From contig RHPI01003261.1 of the NCBI GenBank assembly GCA_009103225.1, forward strand, positions 1 to 64,000: a stretch of 64,000 bases of DNA. Direction: 5' to 3'. The translations under genes were made by a program, and so were the position numbers. Origin of the DNA: Chlorokybus atmophyticus (Eukaryota > Plantae > Mesostigma and Chlorokybus algae). Shown one piece after another: positions 22,635 to 35,630 of the stretch. How positions within the stretch are numbered: position 1 is the first letter of the stretch; every line of letters starts with the position of its first letter. The notes beneath the pieces were generated by a model that was given only the letters and a program-made list of their open reading frames with translations, did no database searches and was not told the origin of the DNA.

Positions 22635-23614
22635 GGTGTCGTTGGTGTCGTTGTTGTTGTCGTGTACGTGTGCATGCATGTCCAACCGTATGCGTGCATG
22701 CGTACGGGTCTGTAAATGTACATGTCTCTGCGTGTACGCGCGTGCATTCGTCTGTACTTGTGTGCATATTCGTGTGCGTGTGTGCGTATGCATGCATGTG
22801 TATGCAATATGGTGATGTCACTTGCATCCTGCTTGATAGATATGCACCAGCGATGCGAGGCTGGCGGTGAAGGCGCTTCGTCAGTACACGGCCGCCTTAA
22901 ATTGCCTAATGGTGATGCCTGAATCACGGGTGAGCTACCCCAAAGTCAGGTTTGGGAAAGAAGCAATACTCAATATCTTTGTTGGCTGTTGCACGTGCAT
23001 TGCATCGCTGTTCATGCCTGCAGTGCACCACATAGGCAAATGCCATTGCAATGCGTTGTTACCGAATGTTTTGTGGTATGCATGTGTACCAATGACAACT
23101 ATTGCTAACGTCCGGAAGGTGTTTCTGCCACAGGATTGGCGCTGTGATGTGACATTGATTTTGCGTTAGGTTTCAGAGGCGCAGAGTGTGGCGCAAGTAG
23201 TTGGTCCCGTGTACGTGAAGTACAACGCGGGTTCGCAAGTGTGTTATGCCAGCCGTTACGAAGGCGCGAGCAAGGGAGTCATATTGCAGGTAAGCTCTGA
23301 GCAAAACTCTTGTTGTTTGGGTCTTGTACGTTCTCAATTGTCGTGGTAGTGGTTGTTTGGTTGTTGTCATGGTTGTGTAAGCACACGCGTGCAAGCATAT
23401 ATATGTGCGCGTTTGCATGTGCGTGCGCGCGCGTGTGTATGTGTGCTTCAATTCACTGCCCGCCAGTTATAAGTTGAAGACTGTGTTTTACAACACGGTC
23501 ATATGCTGTAGAGTGATATAATTTCATGCTTATCTGATCGTTGTTTGTCAACAGTTGGGACAACGCCAAGTCGGGCACTTGCCGCTCGGATTGTTTGATG
23601 GCTATCCCGCGTAG
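22017..23614 (+). CDS. DUF1824-family protein with a probable plastid transit peptide
   Basis: Ser/Pro-rich N-terminus, then exons DARLAVKALRQYTAALN, VGPVYVKYNAGSQVCYASRYEGASKGVILQ and LGQRQVGHLPLGLF, matching the cyanobacterial/plastid DUF1824 pattern from recall. Confidence 0.75.
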
Positions 23615-24985
23615 CATATCGGATCTCGGTTCATACGGTAAACAACCCAACAACCTCAAAACTGCAAAACCTCAAAACCAAAGCAACCGCGATCATGACT
23701 GGGTCACTAATGCGTTCATAAGCAGATGAAGATCTGGTTCTCTGTGCTGTGTGCACAGTTGGTGGTTGAGCGCTGTCGTGAGGAATTATGAGAGCAGACC
23801 CCGTGATTGGGGTATTGACTGGTGAGTTGATTGCAGTCACATTGCACTTATGAGTTCTAATGCCCTTTCCTATGTTGCTACAAACGCAAGGCTGTAGTAG
23901 TAGGTGTTATAAGGCAAGTAGGGGTATCATGTCATTTGCATGGGCTTTGCGTGCTGGTACACCTTCACCACACGTGTGCGCGCAATGTGCGCGATAACAC
24001 TGTCGCAAGCAACCCTTGATACAAAACCTTTTCACCGCAACTGCAATTATGACGCTGTCTTTGACATGTGCGTGTCCGTCTCAAACATAAGTCTTTGAAA
24101 TGCAGGTAAAACCATCCTTGACATAGCACGCAACCACTACCAGTGATAGGATTTTACATACGACACAAGGATACTTGATGTTGCACGCATACATACACGC
24201 CCCTCTCCTCCATGTTGTCCCTTTGTCATGCCATTTGCCAACATCCGCGAAGTCTCCTCGACCATGCCTATAGCCAGGCGTTCGCGCCTGCTACTAAGCA
24301 CGAGGACCGCGCCCGGCGCATCGTACGACTGCCATGACGGTCGTGAGTCGTGGGTACCAGCGTAGGTCCCGTCGTAGGTACCATCGTAGCTGTTTCGCTC
24401 TGGCTCACCTCAAACCCAAACTGCATCGAGTTCCAACAACTTTATTGCCTGAACTCACAAGCAAGACTGTGAGTACGAAGCAAGGACTGAGCAATGCCCC
24501 AACCTCTGCAGTACAAGAACTACACGTGAGCTTGGTGTGCTTGTGATTGTTGTGTATTGTGTATAGATGCGAAGCACATACATACATGTTGCATTTGCCT
24601 CACACACTAGCTGCGCGTGCTTGCATTGTTGAGGATACACACGCATTGGTCAGGGTCTGCTATCATACTTATTAGTAGCACCCATACCTCCTAGTTAACA
24701 AGGAACCTACACACATACACGTGCATCTTGCTAGCGTGGGAAGGCCACATGAGCACAGCACCTAAGTAGGTGGCTTGCTGCCTACATAGCTTCCTCTACA
24801 GTTAACTATTCTGAGTGGGAGCTCTTTTTAGCTGAGTCCGGCTGTCTACGACAGCCGAGGCCTTGCGTACATCAATAACATCAGCATCGCGCACACCATC
24901 AGCAACCAACAACCACATCCTTACGAGGGACCAGCTCTTGTGGACGCCCGACCCAACACCTCTACTGATGCTGATGCACTGTACA

Positions 24986-25050
24986 CTTCCACATCCCTTC
25001 ACATTCACTACTACACGCACACATCCCTTCACATTCACTACTACACGCAC
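24986..25050. repeat. 30-bp tandem duplication
   Basis: cacatcccttcacattcactactacacgca occurs twice in tandem. Confidence 0.85.
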
Positions 25051-27118
25051 TTGCATCGCACATAGCCTAAAGGGCGATAGTGGCAGTGTACAAAAGATGC
25101 AAAGTACAACTTCTACATGCAATCTCACATAGCCACGCCATGCCACAACCACATCACAACCACTTATAAAATTGACCACCAGGCTAATGCATGCGCTTGC
25201 ATGCTATCTACATACTGTGCCTTGTTGCTTAGCCGCTTAATGCATGTGTTAATGTTTGTCTGTTGTTGATAGGTAGGTAGAAAATCTGCATATCTCGCAT
25301 ACAGTATACATTGTGATGTAGTACATGTGCTTGTGTTCTGTATAATATCCCAACTACTGCCACCCCTGCTTGCCTCTACAATGCATTCTAGTTGCGGTCT
25401 CAGTGTTGGGTGGTAGTGTGAATACTGGTGTATGTGTGTTTGAGTTGTGAACTCTGCTTGGGCCCCAACCCTAATTGACTGCTTGCTTGCCTTGCGTGCA
25501 CTGTTTTTTCCTTCTCACGTGAGCACAAGGTCTTCAAGAGTGTGCCTCGCGCAGCTTTAATGTCTGTTATGTGATATTAATGGTAGCTCTTGCACGGATG
25601 TTGCAGACCACATTTGTTGCTTCTTAGCTCGTAGCATACTTGTGCGCATGTTACCCTCTGCATTACCATCCTTCCAACAATAGCCCGCAACTCACGCAAT
25701 TGCCTGTAAAAGCTAATACAATAAAGGTAAAAGAACGTGATATTTGCCATATTTATAAAATGGAATACTTTAGTAGCAGTAAAGGTAAGTCGCTGACGTG
25801 GCACGATTGGCAAGGTAGGCTTTAATCGGCATAGTTTGTCTGTCAAATGTGACATGTGAAGGTGATTAGGCGATTACTTGCAGCGGCTGCAGTCCAACAC
25901 AATATATTCAAAATACCGTCAGGTGAGAAGCTAGCTAAGCGAAAAGACAATGGCTTATGCGCATGTTGCCAATTACGGCTATGCGACATTCATATGGCAA
26001 TGTAACAACACAACACCAAGCTCAAGGGGACGCCCCCCTCCAATTCTCACTTCATGCAAAAACATATCACCGCATTGTATTGTATTCTTTTTACACACGT
26101 GTCAAACACTTACACGTGCATGCTTTACTACCTCAACAATGAATGCCATCGGGAGGGCACCTCCATAGCTCATGACCAGGCACCTGACACATACATGACT
26201 CTTTGTAGTGAAAACACATAATGCCCTACATTAGCTTATAGAAGCATGTAGACTTTATTGGTTCAAACATGCATGTTGAAGAGCCGTTTTACGCTTCAAA
26301 CAATGATTAACATTGTGTTAATGTCAACTATTTTAATTATTTTAAACTTCACCATATGAATGAACACGCCTGCCCCCCCGCCCCCTTACCTTATTTGCTT
26401 GATTTTCAACTCTTATTTGCAGCATGCAACTTGCAGCACTGAAGTGGTTGGTACTCAAACATGTTTTCATAAGCAAGAGATCTTACACGCTGGCAATTAT
26501 GCTCACACGTGATTATACAGCATTGCATGCGATGTTGAGGTTTGCAAGCCAAAGCAAGTATTTTTATGACATTTAGGTGTTGTAAAATATGTGAATGTTA
26601 TGTGATGACAACATTTTGATAAAAGCGCAATTGAAATAAAATTGTAAACGTGATCGTTATCTCTTCAATATCAACATTGAGGTGTCAGAGAAAGCAAGCC
26701 AATGTTTGTAAGCCTTATATGACTGACAATCACAAAGATTGTTGTCTGCAAGTTGAAAAGGACCTCCGTTGATACCTTTTTGGAATGTGACATTTGTTTC
26801 TGGTGGTGGCTGGTGGATGTTTGAAGGAGCCAACTTGGCACACGGGGACTACAAAACACACCGCCGCATCATACAAAATGATTGAAGGAGCCAACTTGGC
26901 ACTCCTTGTCACGGAGCGCATGCGTAAACCGCGATATCAGCGATCGCAGCGCCAGCGCCAATAACTGCCACGTGGCATTTAGGGCTAGGCGCACGCATCG
27001 ACGCAGCGGCGGAGAAGGCGGAGTGGAAGCAGGAGGAGGCGGACAAGGACGAGGAGAGGGAGAAGTGCGCCACGTCTGAGCACGGTTGCTTGCGTCAGAG
27101 CCGCCGTCGGCGCCCGCC

Positions 27119-30100
27119 ATGTCGCAGTATGATGACTGGTTTGAGCTGGCTGATGGAGGTAAGATGCTTGCTCTTTACCCAAGGTTGCGTGCTGACCTGA
27201 TCAAGCTCTTCGTGCAGTCCAATCACGCCCAGCTTGTCTACTTGTTTCTGAACACTTAGCTAGCCTCACATTGTTATCTACTTGTTTCTCCACACCCTAG
27301 CTAGCCTCACATTGTTCTTGTGCAAATCCGGTGCACACACATTCCCCGTACCACGTACAGGCACACACAGATAGCGTATGAGGCCTAGAATAACCATCAA
27401 CATTTTTGAAACTCTGTTTGGCGAGGTCAGCAAGTGTTACGGGAGAGCAATAAGGGGTTATGAATTCTGATTACATGCATGTCGTTGTTGATGTGGTCTC
27501 TGCACACACAGCAACTTTAAGCATAATGCAAGTTCGCCTTGGTCGCCTCCTCGCTTGCCAGCATTGCAATGCACGCAAGGTTTGTTGCAGAGTAGCAGCC
27601 ACTCCTTTTGCAATCGCATGTTATCACTCGAAATCTGTCTGGATTCGTATTTATAAAGACATCGGGATCAATTCTGTTTGTAGTCTTTGTACTTGCAAAT
27701 CCTGCTCATTGTCGACCAGTAGGACACAGTGAGGAAGAAACAGCCATGCCAATCAACTTCTTTGGCATGTCTTCTATTTGTCTGGCTGAGTCGATCAAGC
27801 TTGCAGCAGCGTTCAGGTGTTTCAGACAAAAAAGGGAATGCTGACATTTTCTTTCTTGTTTGTGTGCAGATGCAGATGGGAGAGTCACAGGCCAAGATGC
27901 TATCCAGTTCTTCGCGAGGTCACAGTTGCGGAGAGAAACACTTGCAAAGGTGAGTCATAGAGAGTCGTAGAGAGATGCCTGCCATTTTTGCACACAGCAA
28001 TCATCCCTTCATGCATCCGAGCAACACTCACCTTTGCAGGCTATCTTTTGCAATACATCAAGACTAATATGCTGTGATTGTGCAGATCTGGGTTATGGCA
28101 GATGCATCAAGAAGCGGGTTTTTGGACAAGCGGGCTTTCGCGAGGGCGATGAGGTTGATATCATTGGCACAGGCTGGAGAGGAGATTACTCCGGAAAACA
28201 TTCTGGCAAAAGGTGCTGCATTATTATGCATTACCAACATACTGTCACATGGCATGGGCTTGAGTCAGTGAGCTGTTTTAATGGTTTCAATGGTTCTAAT
28301 ATCGGCAGTGTTGACTTTGCAACAGAGGCCTCATGGACAAAACCCCCACAAATGCTGGGTGTTGATGAACTGGAGCGCGCTTTGGCGGGCAAGCGAGCAC
28401 AAGAAGCATACGGGCTAGCGGTATGCTAAAGTGTGCATGCGTGCACATATGTGCCGGGATGGGCATGTGTGGAGGTGCACATCTTGTGTGCGCGCATGAG
28501 GGTGCGTGCCTGCATGCATGCATGCACGCGCATATGTGGGTATGTTTGTGCGCGTATTTGAGCTGCACAGGATTCATACTGTCACTCAGTCAACATTTTT
28601 ACCTATGCACAGAACCCTTTTGCAAATGATGCTCCTGCTGCGGATGGCAATCCCAGCGCTTCTGTGAGAGGTACTTTTGAGACTTCCATAGCGCAGACTT
28701 GTCTGAACTTGCTGCGCGGCCACATATTGTACCACATAATGGCATTCAACAAACAGCCCGCACGTATTTGCCAGTTGGGTTCTCATGTACTGCTGCTATT
28801 GCTGCATCAGCTTTGCCAAAGGTCCCAACAGAAGCCATAAACTGGAAACCTCCACCAAAGGGAAAGCGCGGGTACATTCCGGCCAAAGTGTGCACATCCG
28901 TTGTGGACGGCTTGAAACGGCTCTATTTTGAGAAAGTCCGGCCACTGGAAGTCATGTACAAGTTCTCAGACTTCCATTCCCCTCTACTAGTAAGTGCCAC
29001 AGATTCTGCATCCCTGATACTTGAGGTTCCTTATTTCATGATGTTGCAACTGATGTTTTTTACGTCAAACTACAGGCGGAAAGCGATTTTGATGCCAAGC
29101 CAACAGTTCTCTTGTTGGGCCAGTACTCAACTGGCAAGACCACATTTATCCGACATTTGCTCGGCCGAGACTACCCTGGTATTAACTTACAGCCGACAAC
29201 ATTGCATGTTGCTGTTATTGGTCCACACTGCCATTGTCGCGCTTACGCCTATGCGAATGCAGGCGCGCACATAGGACCTGAGCCAACAACGGACCGTTTC
29301 GTGGTTATTTACGTGAGTTGTTGTTGTACGCGCGCTTCACCATCAGTGCCAAAAGAGTTACATTGATGCACCCTGCACAAGGAGGAGTGATGTGCTATTA
29401 TCGCTGATATCTACTCCTCTACTACTAAACTGTCTATTGCGTGTCTGTATTGCAGGGCGGTCATGAAGAGCGCATCACCCCAGGAAACACACTGGCCGTG
29501 CAGTCGGACAAGCCCTTCACCGGCTTGACCAGCTTCGGCACGGGATTCCTGTCCAAGTTTGAAGGGTCTCAGCTGCCCAATTCAGTAAGAAGTATTTGGG
29601 TTGACGGTTGTCAATCTGTTGTCTTGACAAGCTGGACAAGCAAGTTGCAGTTGTGTTTCGATACACAGTGAACACAGTTGTATACCTATAGTTGCAACCA
29701 AAGAGATATTAGGAATTGTGGCATGTGCAAGACCCGCTTGTTTTATGATTTCTGCAGCTGCTCGAGGACATCACACTGGTTGACACGCCTGGAGTCCTGT
29801 CGGGTGAGAAGCAGAGGATAGAGCGCGCGTACGACTTTGCAGCCATCTGTGAGTGGTGGGCGCAGCGCAGCGATCTCATCCTCTTGCTTTTTGACCCGCA
29901 CAAGCTCGACATCTCGGACGAGTTCAAGAGGGTCATCATGACGCTCAAGGGACACGACGACAAGATCAGAGTGGTGCTGAATAAAGCAGACCAAGTCGGC
30001 ACACAACAGGTATAGTGCATGTTTGTCTGGAAGCAACTGTGGTGGATTGCATCATTTGTGCGTGCTCACGGTGCGCGCGTGCTCCTATCTTCAGTTGTTA

Positions 30101-30866
30101 TTAACAGCCGTGCTCTCGTGTGCAGTTGATGCGCGTGTATGGTGCGCTTATGTGGTCTTTGGGCAAAGTGTTGAACACGCCGGAGGTTGTAAGGGTGTAC
30201 ATCGGTTCGTTCAATGCAAAGCCGCTGCCTCCGGATAACCAGCGCGAGGATGCAATTGGCACGCAGCTGTTCATTAAGGAGCAAGATGACCTGCTGCGGG
30301 ACCTAAAAGACATCCCCAAGCGCAGCTGCGACAGGAAGGTGAATGAGTTTGTGAAGCGGGTGCGCGCGGCGAAGATCCATGCGTTCATCATCTCCCACCT
30401 GCGCAAGGAGATGCCTAGCATGATGGGCAAGAAGAAGGCCCAGGACCGCCTCATTGATAACCTCGAAGACGAGTTCTTCAAGGTGCACACTACACACACG
30501 CGCACACGCAAGCACCAAAATCCCCAAAACAGAAGGACACAAAACAATTGCACATGGGTTTGTGTACAGCGCCAGTAGCTCACTAGGATGCTGCACACAC
30601 TCACGTGTCGCTGCACAAACTCATACAAATGGCACACATGCTTGCTGCGGCACACTCTCATGCACACTGTGTGCTTCCAGGTCCAAAAGGAGACGCACTT
30701 CCCCGTCGGGGATTTCCCCAACGTAGAGAAGTTCCGACGCATCGCCGCCGGATACGACCTCTCCAACTTCCCCAAAATCAGCTCTAAGATGATAAAAGCT
30801 GTTGATGAGGTCCTTCAGAATGACATACCCGACCTTCTCAGGACCTTCCAGAACCCCTATGAGTAG
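27119..30866 (+). CDS. EHD1: EH-domain-containing protein, plant-type order (N-terminal EH domain, then dynamin-like P-loop)
   Basis: DGRVTGQDAIQFF, IWVMADASRSGFL, LLGQYSTGKTTFI, IGPEPTTDRF, LVDTPGVLSGEKQR, LFDPHKLDISDEFK, LMRVYGALMWSLGKV and FVKRVRAAKIHAFII. Confidence 0.95.
27238..27318. repeat. ~40-bp tandem duplication in EHD intron 1
   Basis: ctacttgtttct...tagctagcctcacattgtt occurs twice. Confidence 0.75.
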
Positions 30867-31919
30867 GCGCGTAGTAGTGTACTATGCATAGCTGTAGACG
30901 GCTGTGGCAATTCTTTGTTAGGGTGTTGGGTATTGGTGTATAGCACACTGTATTGTGTAAAGAGCGCACAACACTTTTGCATTCAGCCAGCAGTCGGAGC
31001 TTGTTGCATCGGGTTGTATATGATGGCCAAGCCACTCATAGCGTATTTGTGCATTTCGGCGCGATGTGTGGCGCCCAACGTGCTGCACATCTATGACAGC
31101 ATTCGCACTTGCGCCGCACATTTGCTGTGCAACCAACCGTGCCTTTCAACCAGCTTACTACATATACACTTTGGCTGTGCTTGCAATGCCTCTGTTGCAT
31201 TGACACAATGAGCACATGTCAACCCCAATCTGCAACTTGCAATTGGTGGTCGTCCTTGTTACGAGGCGCGGCTGAATGGCACTTGAAGCAATGACAATAA
31301 AATTTAGATGCATAAGTCTTGCGCAAGAAAACCGTTCACATATAATGCAAATCTACACTTGCACAACTCTCATGTACACGGAAAAGTATCACATTTATGT
31401 TACATAACACATGAGCAATCAACGGTGACCCAATGAAGATCGTGCCAACCCCGACACCGGGTTGCACAACCGAGGAGACCGATTTGGAGATGAAGTGTTG
31501 GGACAAAGTGTGGGCAAGGAGGAGACGAAGAGAGTGGGAGAGGAAAGAGGGAGAGAGTGTAGTCCAAGTCATGTATGCATCGTGTTGCACTGCCGTACTA
31601 CTGTTACCGAGATTAACCTGATTCTATGACCCGCCACCACCCGTGCTACGGCTGGTGGCAGGTAATTGACACCTATGATGTACATGCATAGTGTGAGTAA
31701 AATTGCACACATGCAGTCTGTGCACGCACATGCATGTCTCATGGGGCAGGGCCTGTAGTTGTAGTGCAGTAGTGGCTCTCAATTAAATACTAACCCGTTA
31801 ATTGCACTCAAGCATTATAATGTTACGGACGATGTGACAGGTGAGCCAAGAACATGCAGCAGCACAACTATATGTACAATAAAGCAGCACGACATTCCTT
31901 GTGTAACCCTTGTTGATCA

Positions 31920-33000
31920 AATGAAGCTGCAGGAAATAGAGTCACTTTAGTATGTCTAAGAGCTACAGACGATGAATTGCCACTAACACCACCAACATGG
32001 ATCTCGACACACCGCAAGTTACGCAGCATCGCTTTGCTAAGAGAAAAATTCAGATTCCATGTCGACAATGCCGCAAGCTACGCCGCTGAGGGCACAAGTG
32101 GACTGGGTGCTGGGTTTGTTTAGCTCGAGGCATGCTTCACCATCCACGAATAAGGTGTAGCTTTCAACCCACAAACAATGAATGAATCATCCTTGCTCAG
32201 TAGAATCTTGTAGCCGGCGTCGATTCACTACATTGTTAGACCCGATTGTTAATCGCATTTTGCAACCATCCATAAAGTACACCCGAGCGATAGAGCTGTG
32301 CACGCGCTCAATGTACACGGTGAGGTCGGCGAGGATCGGAACATAGCGTATAGCACCTTTCTCGAGGTAGGAGATAGTACCCTTTTCCATTAGCTCTGCT
32401 CTTTGAGCCTCTCTTGCCTGCAGAGAGAAGATGCCATAGAAGTTGCATCAAACAACCTGTTGCAGCGTGCATAGAGCGGAGTTGTGCACGCGAGTGCGTA
32501 TAAACACGCTCGCGCGCACAGCACGACACTACACAGGCACACCTTGCCCATTATCGCAATAGCCGTCATTATAGTAGTCGTCTTGTAGAGCGCGAGCTTG
32601 CATACAACTCAAGGTACTCTTACACAACTCTCTGGTTAAACCTGTTCAAAATGCAAGCCAACTTACATACACACTCTTGATTGGCATTGACTTGTGTATG
32701 TAACCATCACCATGGCATGGTAAGAGGTGCGTGCATGTCTTATGGGGAATTTACAAAACCACAAGTTCCTGGCGCAGCAGCAAAGAAGAAGCGGTAGAGC
32801 AGACACTGTTTGGAATCTGCCCCGGGAGAGCCTAACCTTACCCGCGCTGAGGGCTTCGCACGCGGGCGCCCGTGCTCCCGCCACCGCCGCTCCACTCTTA
32901 TTGCCTTCCGCTCCTCGGGCGTTTTGCCTCCTGCTCCAACTCCCCTCCCCGACACCGACGCCCGCCCCCGCCCCTGCCCCCGCCCGCGTAACAATGTGAA
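31920..33000 (-). pseudogene. Unknown spliced gene family C, copy 1 (degenerate)
   Basis: Shares exon GRPRAKPSA|GTAAGG and the block ...GEACLELN...SGVACGIV with 39650-41290 and 60340-61340. In-frame stops are present. Confidence 0.6.
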
Positions 33001-33329
33001 TTTTTCACGCCCATAGGGTTGGCGAAAGTCACTCTCTGTCACTTAATTTGGTGGTAAAGATGTGGAAGTGTGCTGCTCATGTGGACTATGTGGTTCATGT
33101 GGACTCGTTTGTCGAGCTGTGTAGTGCTTGATAGGTTGAACCACACGGATATGTCCTAGTTTCCTAAGGATTCTTAGACAATACTACACAAGGCATTAAT
33201 ATATGCTAGGAGGCACAGAGCTGATCCGTGTCTGCGTTGGCCGTGTATGAGCCCTATGTTACAGAGTTGTGACAATGGTTGCCCTCTATGGTGGCCCTGA
33301 GACAGCTGTGAGCTGTTTTTGGCGGCGTG

Positions 33330-35630
33330 AAGTTTACGTCATTATAACGTTGTATGCCATTGCGTGTATGCTACAGGCAGCCGCAAGCTGTTTATGGCAT
33401 AATGTGTTCGACAGTCTGAGGTTAATGTCCTGTGATGGGACAAGTCCTGTGTTGGACATATAGCCTGGACAAGTGTCATACCAGTAGAGCTATGTTGATG
33501 TTTCCAAGGTAGTAGGCCGTGGTTAGCAATACTCCCGAGGTGGAGTTGTTGACCCCTATGTAGGAAAATGTCATGTGACAGGTCAGCGCACAGTGACAAG
33601 GCCTTGTTAGCCTGAAACGTAGTGTATCAGGTTGGAGAGCAACAAGTAAAGTAGAAAAGCTTGTGTTAGCTTACTGTAGGTATAATGTAAGGTGCCTACG
33701 AGTACTATTTTGCGTGTGTGGGGTGCCAGGTTGGGAGTTGCTAGAGGGGCTCTCCCCCCCTTACCACCTTGTGGCCACAAGGTTTTATGTTAGACCAGCA
33801 TTGCAAGAGTATTTGCCGGATTATGGGATTGCCCGATTCATGGATGTATCTCCTCCGTTCCGGGTCTGCATTGTCGGTCGCCTCAAATTTCCGCCATGAC
33901 TTGTCTGTGAGAGTCATGCCAACAAGGCATTAATCACGATTTACAAATAGTTTAAGTAGAGCCTGCACTAGGCTAGAATAGTGCGTGTGACTTACTGTGG
34001 AGCGCGTTGCGCATCTGGACTTTTGGGTCTCGGGGTAATTTTGGGCGTCGATGTGCCTGATTGAATCGGTTACAATAGGCGATGTCACAGCCCACTCGAC
34101 CACAAAAGACTTGGTGCTTTTATGGTCGATTTGTGGTAATTTAATGTACCTTCCCGTTACATTCCCCCCCACTTAAGAACGCTGACGTCCTCGGCAGCTG
34201 GCGGCCATCAGCTGGGGAATCTTCCCAGGGGTCTGATTTAGGGTCGGTCACCGGCCCCACCATTCAAGGACCGGCCAATTTAAGCCCAAACCGGTCAACG
34301 CGCGCACATCGCGCCGCTGCCGGCCCCACAGGTCGCGTCGCCGCGATAGGCAGGTCGCGCCCTGCCGCACCGACAGAACTGGTCAGTTCGGCGCGCCTGC
34401 CATTAGGCAAGTCGCGACCCATCGATGATGGCACTTATAAAGTGACCATTTACGATTATTGGATCGAGAAACAACGACCGCGGAATTCGTGTGCAAGGCA
34501 GGAATCGAACCCGGGACTCAAGCTCCGATGACCAATGTCACAGCCCACTCGACCACAAAAGACTTGGTGCTTTTATGGTCGATTTGTGGTAATGTACCTT
34601 CCCGTTACAGGCGAGATGCGTACGTTTGTATGGAAGCTGAGTACGAAGGCAGTGTTGCATAGTATACATGGTGGTGAGGGACCCAACTCACTTGCGCTTA
34701 TTGCTGTTGAATAGTGTCTACTTGTACTCCTTCTCAAGGACATGCTTGATCTTAGTGACGTTCTCAGACCGGACGTGCGTAGCTTTCTTCAAGGCGACAC
34801 TCCAGAGGAAGGGGCACTTCTTGTGCGTCCAGTACACCTTATAGAACTTGGCCGCATCGGCCTCGTCGTTATGGTCGAAGCTAACTACCTGTCACGGGCA
34901 GGTTGGTCAATGTCACGGTGCAGTGAGGTCATGAAGCATTCACAGCACCTGGCACATGACGTTACGAATAGCGTCCTCCTTGGGATAAACGTGGCTCTCT
35001 ACCTAATGACCGTTTATGATTTGACGACGGCATCTCGCAAATGCTGTCCTCAGAAGAACAATCCGTTATACGCAGTGTCACAATGTCACACAGCGCTTAC
35101 CTCGTTGCCAAATTTCCACTTGCTTGGTGAAGGGTTGCTGACGGCCGAGGTTGCTACGTCACTGTCGAATGCGTTTGGGTTGGGGGTTTCAATCGACCCT
35201 CTGCAAGCACAAACACGTGAGTCATGCTACCAGCCATGAAAGACGCAGCCCTCACAGCTGACCAAGAAGCAACGTGCACAGTGTATCCAGAACGCATGCA
35301 GTGAGTCACTGTGCCAGTCATAAAAAAGGCAAGCATCAAAGTTTGAAATTGAGCAAGAAGCAATGTACACAGTGCATTAAGAACGCATGCATTCTAGCTT
35401 GCTCTTGCGACTGCGGTGTCAGGTGGAGTTGTTGTGATGGGCTGGGCGTTAGCGCGGGGAATTGTTGCGATTGGTTGGCGTAGAGTGACTGCTGCTGGTT
35501 GGCGACGGATGCCTGGTTGAACACTGGGGAATGTGGACTTGGGGCGCCGACCTCCACGACGAGGTGCACCTACAGATGGACCACGAGGCATCTCTCTAAT
35601 TGATAGTCGGGTGCCGCCTGCATAGCTGAT
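33330..35630 (-). pseudogene. Multi-exon hypothetical gene inside element B, with an in-frame stop and a TRIM insertion
   Basis: GT-AG exons read VVSFDHNDEADAAKFYKVYWTHKKCPFLWSVALKK...EKEYK*, ...KVQMRNALH|NKSWRKFEATDNADPERRRYIHESGNPIIRQILLQCWSNIK. One exon is rejoined when 34083-34614 is removed. Confidence 0.5.
34083..34609 (-). mobile_element. TRIM (527 bp): 5' LTR 34536-34609, PBS, non-coding internal region, PPT, 3' LTR 34083-34161; TSD GGCGA
   Basis: GGCGA flanks both ends (34078-34082 and 34610-34614). The LTRs have TG...CA termini and differ by one 5-bp indel. The PPT AAGTGGGGGGGAA precedes the 3' LTR. Confidence 0.95.

Noticed and set aside
24106-24146. Ankyrin-like terminal exon GKTILDIARNHYQ*
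   Set aside because: Only 13 codons, with no upstream ankyrin exons found.
32988-33012. Left terminal inverted repeat of element B (TGTGAATTTTTCACG versus the right end)
   Set aside because: Only about 11 of 15 matches, offset from the terminus, and no TSD. Too weak to call.
34742-35239. 165-aa plus-strand ORF, and many similar track ORFs such as 7325-7795, 30101-30775 and 41035-41319
   Set aside because: They are antisense shadows of spliced genes or read-through of intronic low-complexity tracts, with no recognisable motifs.
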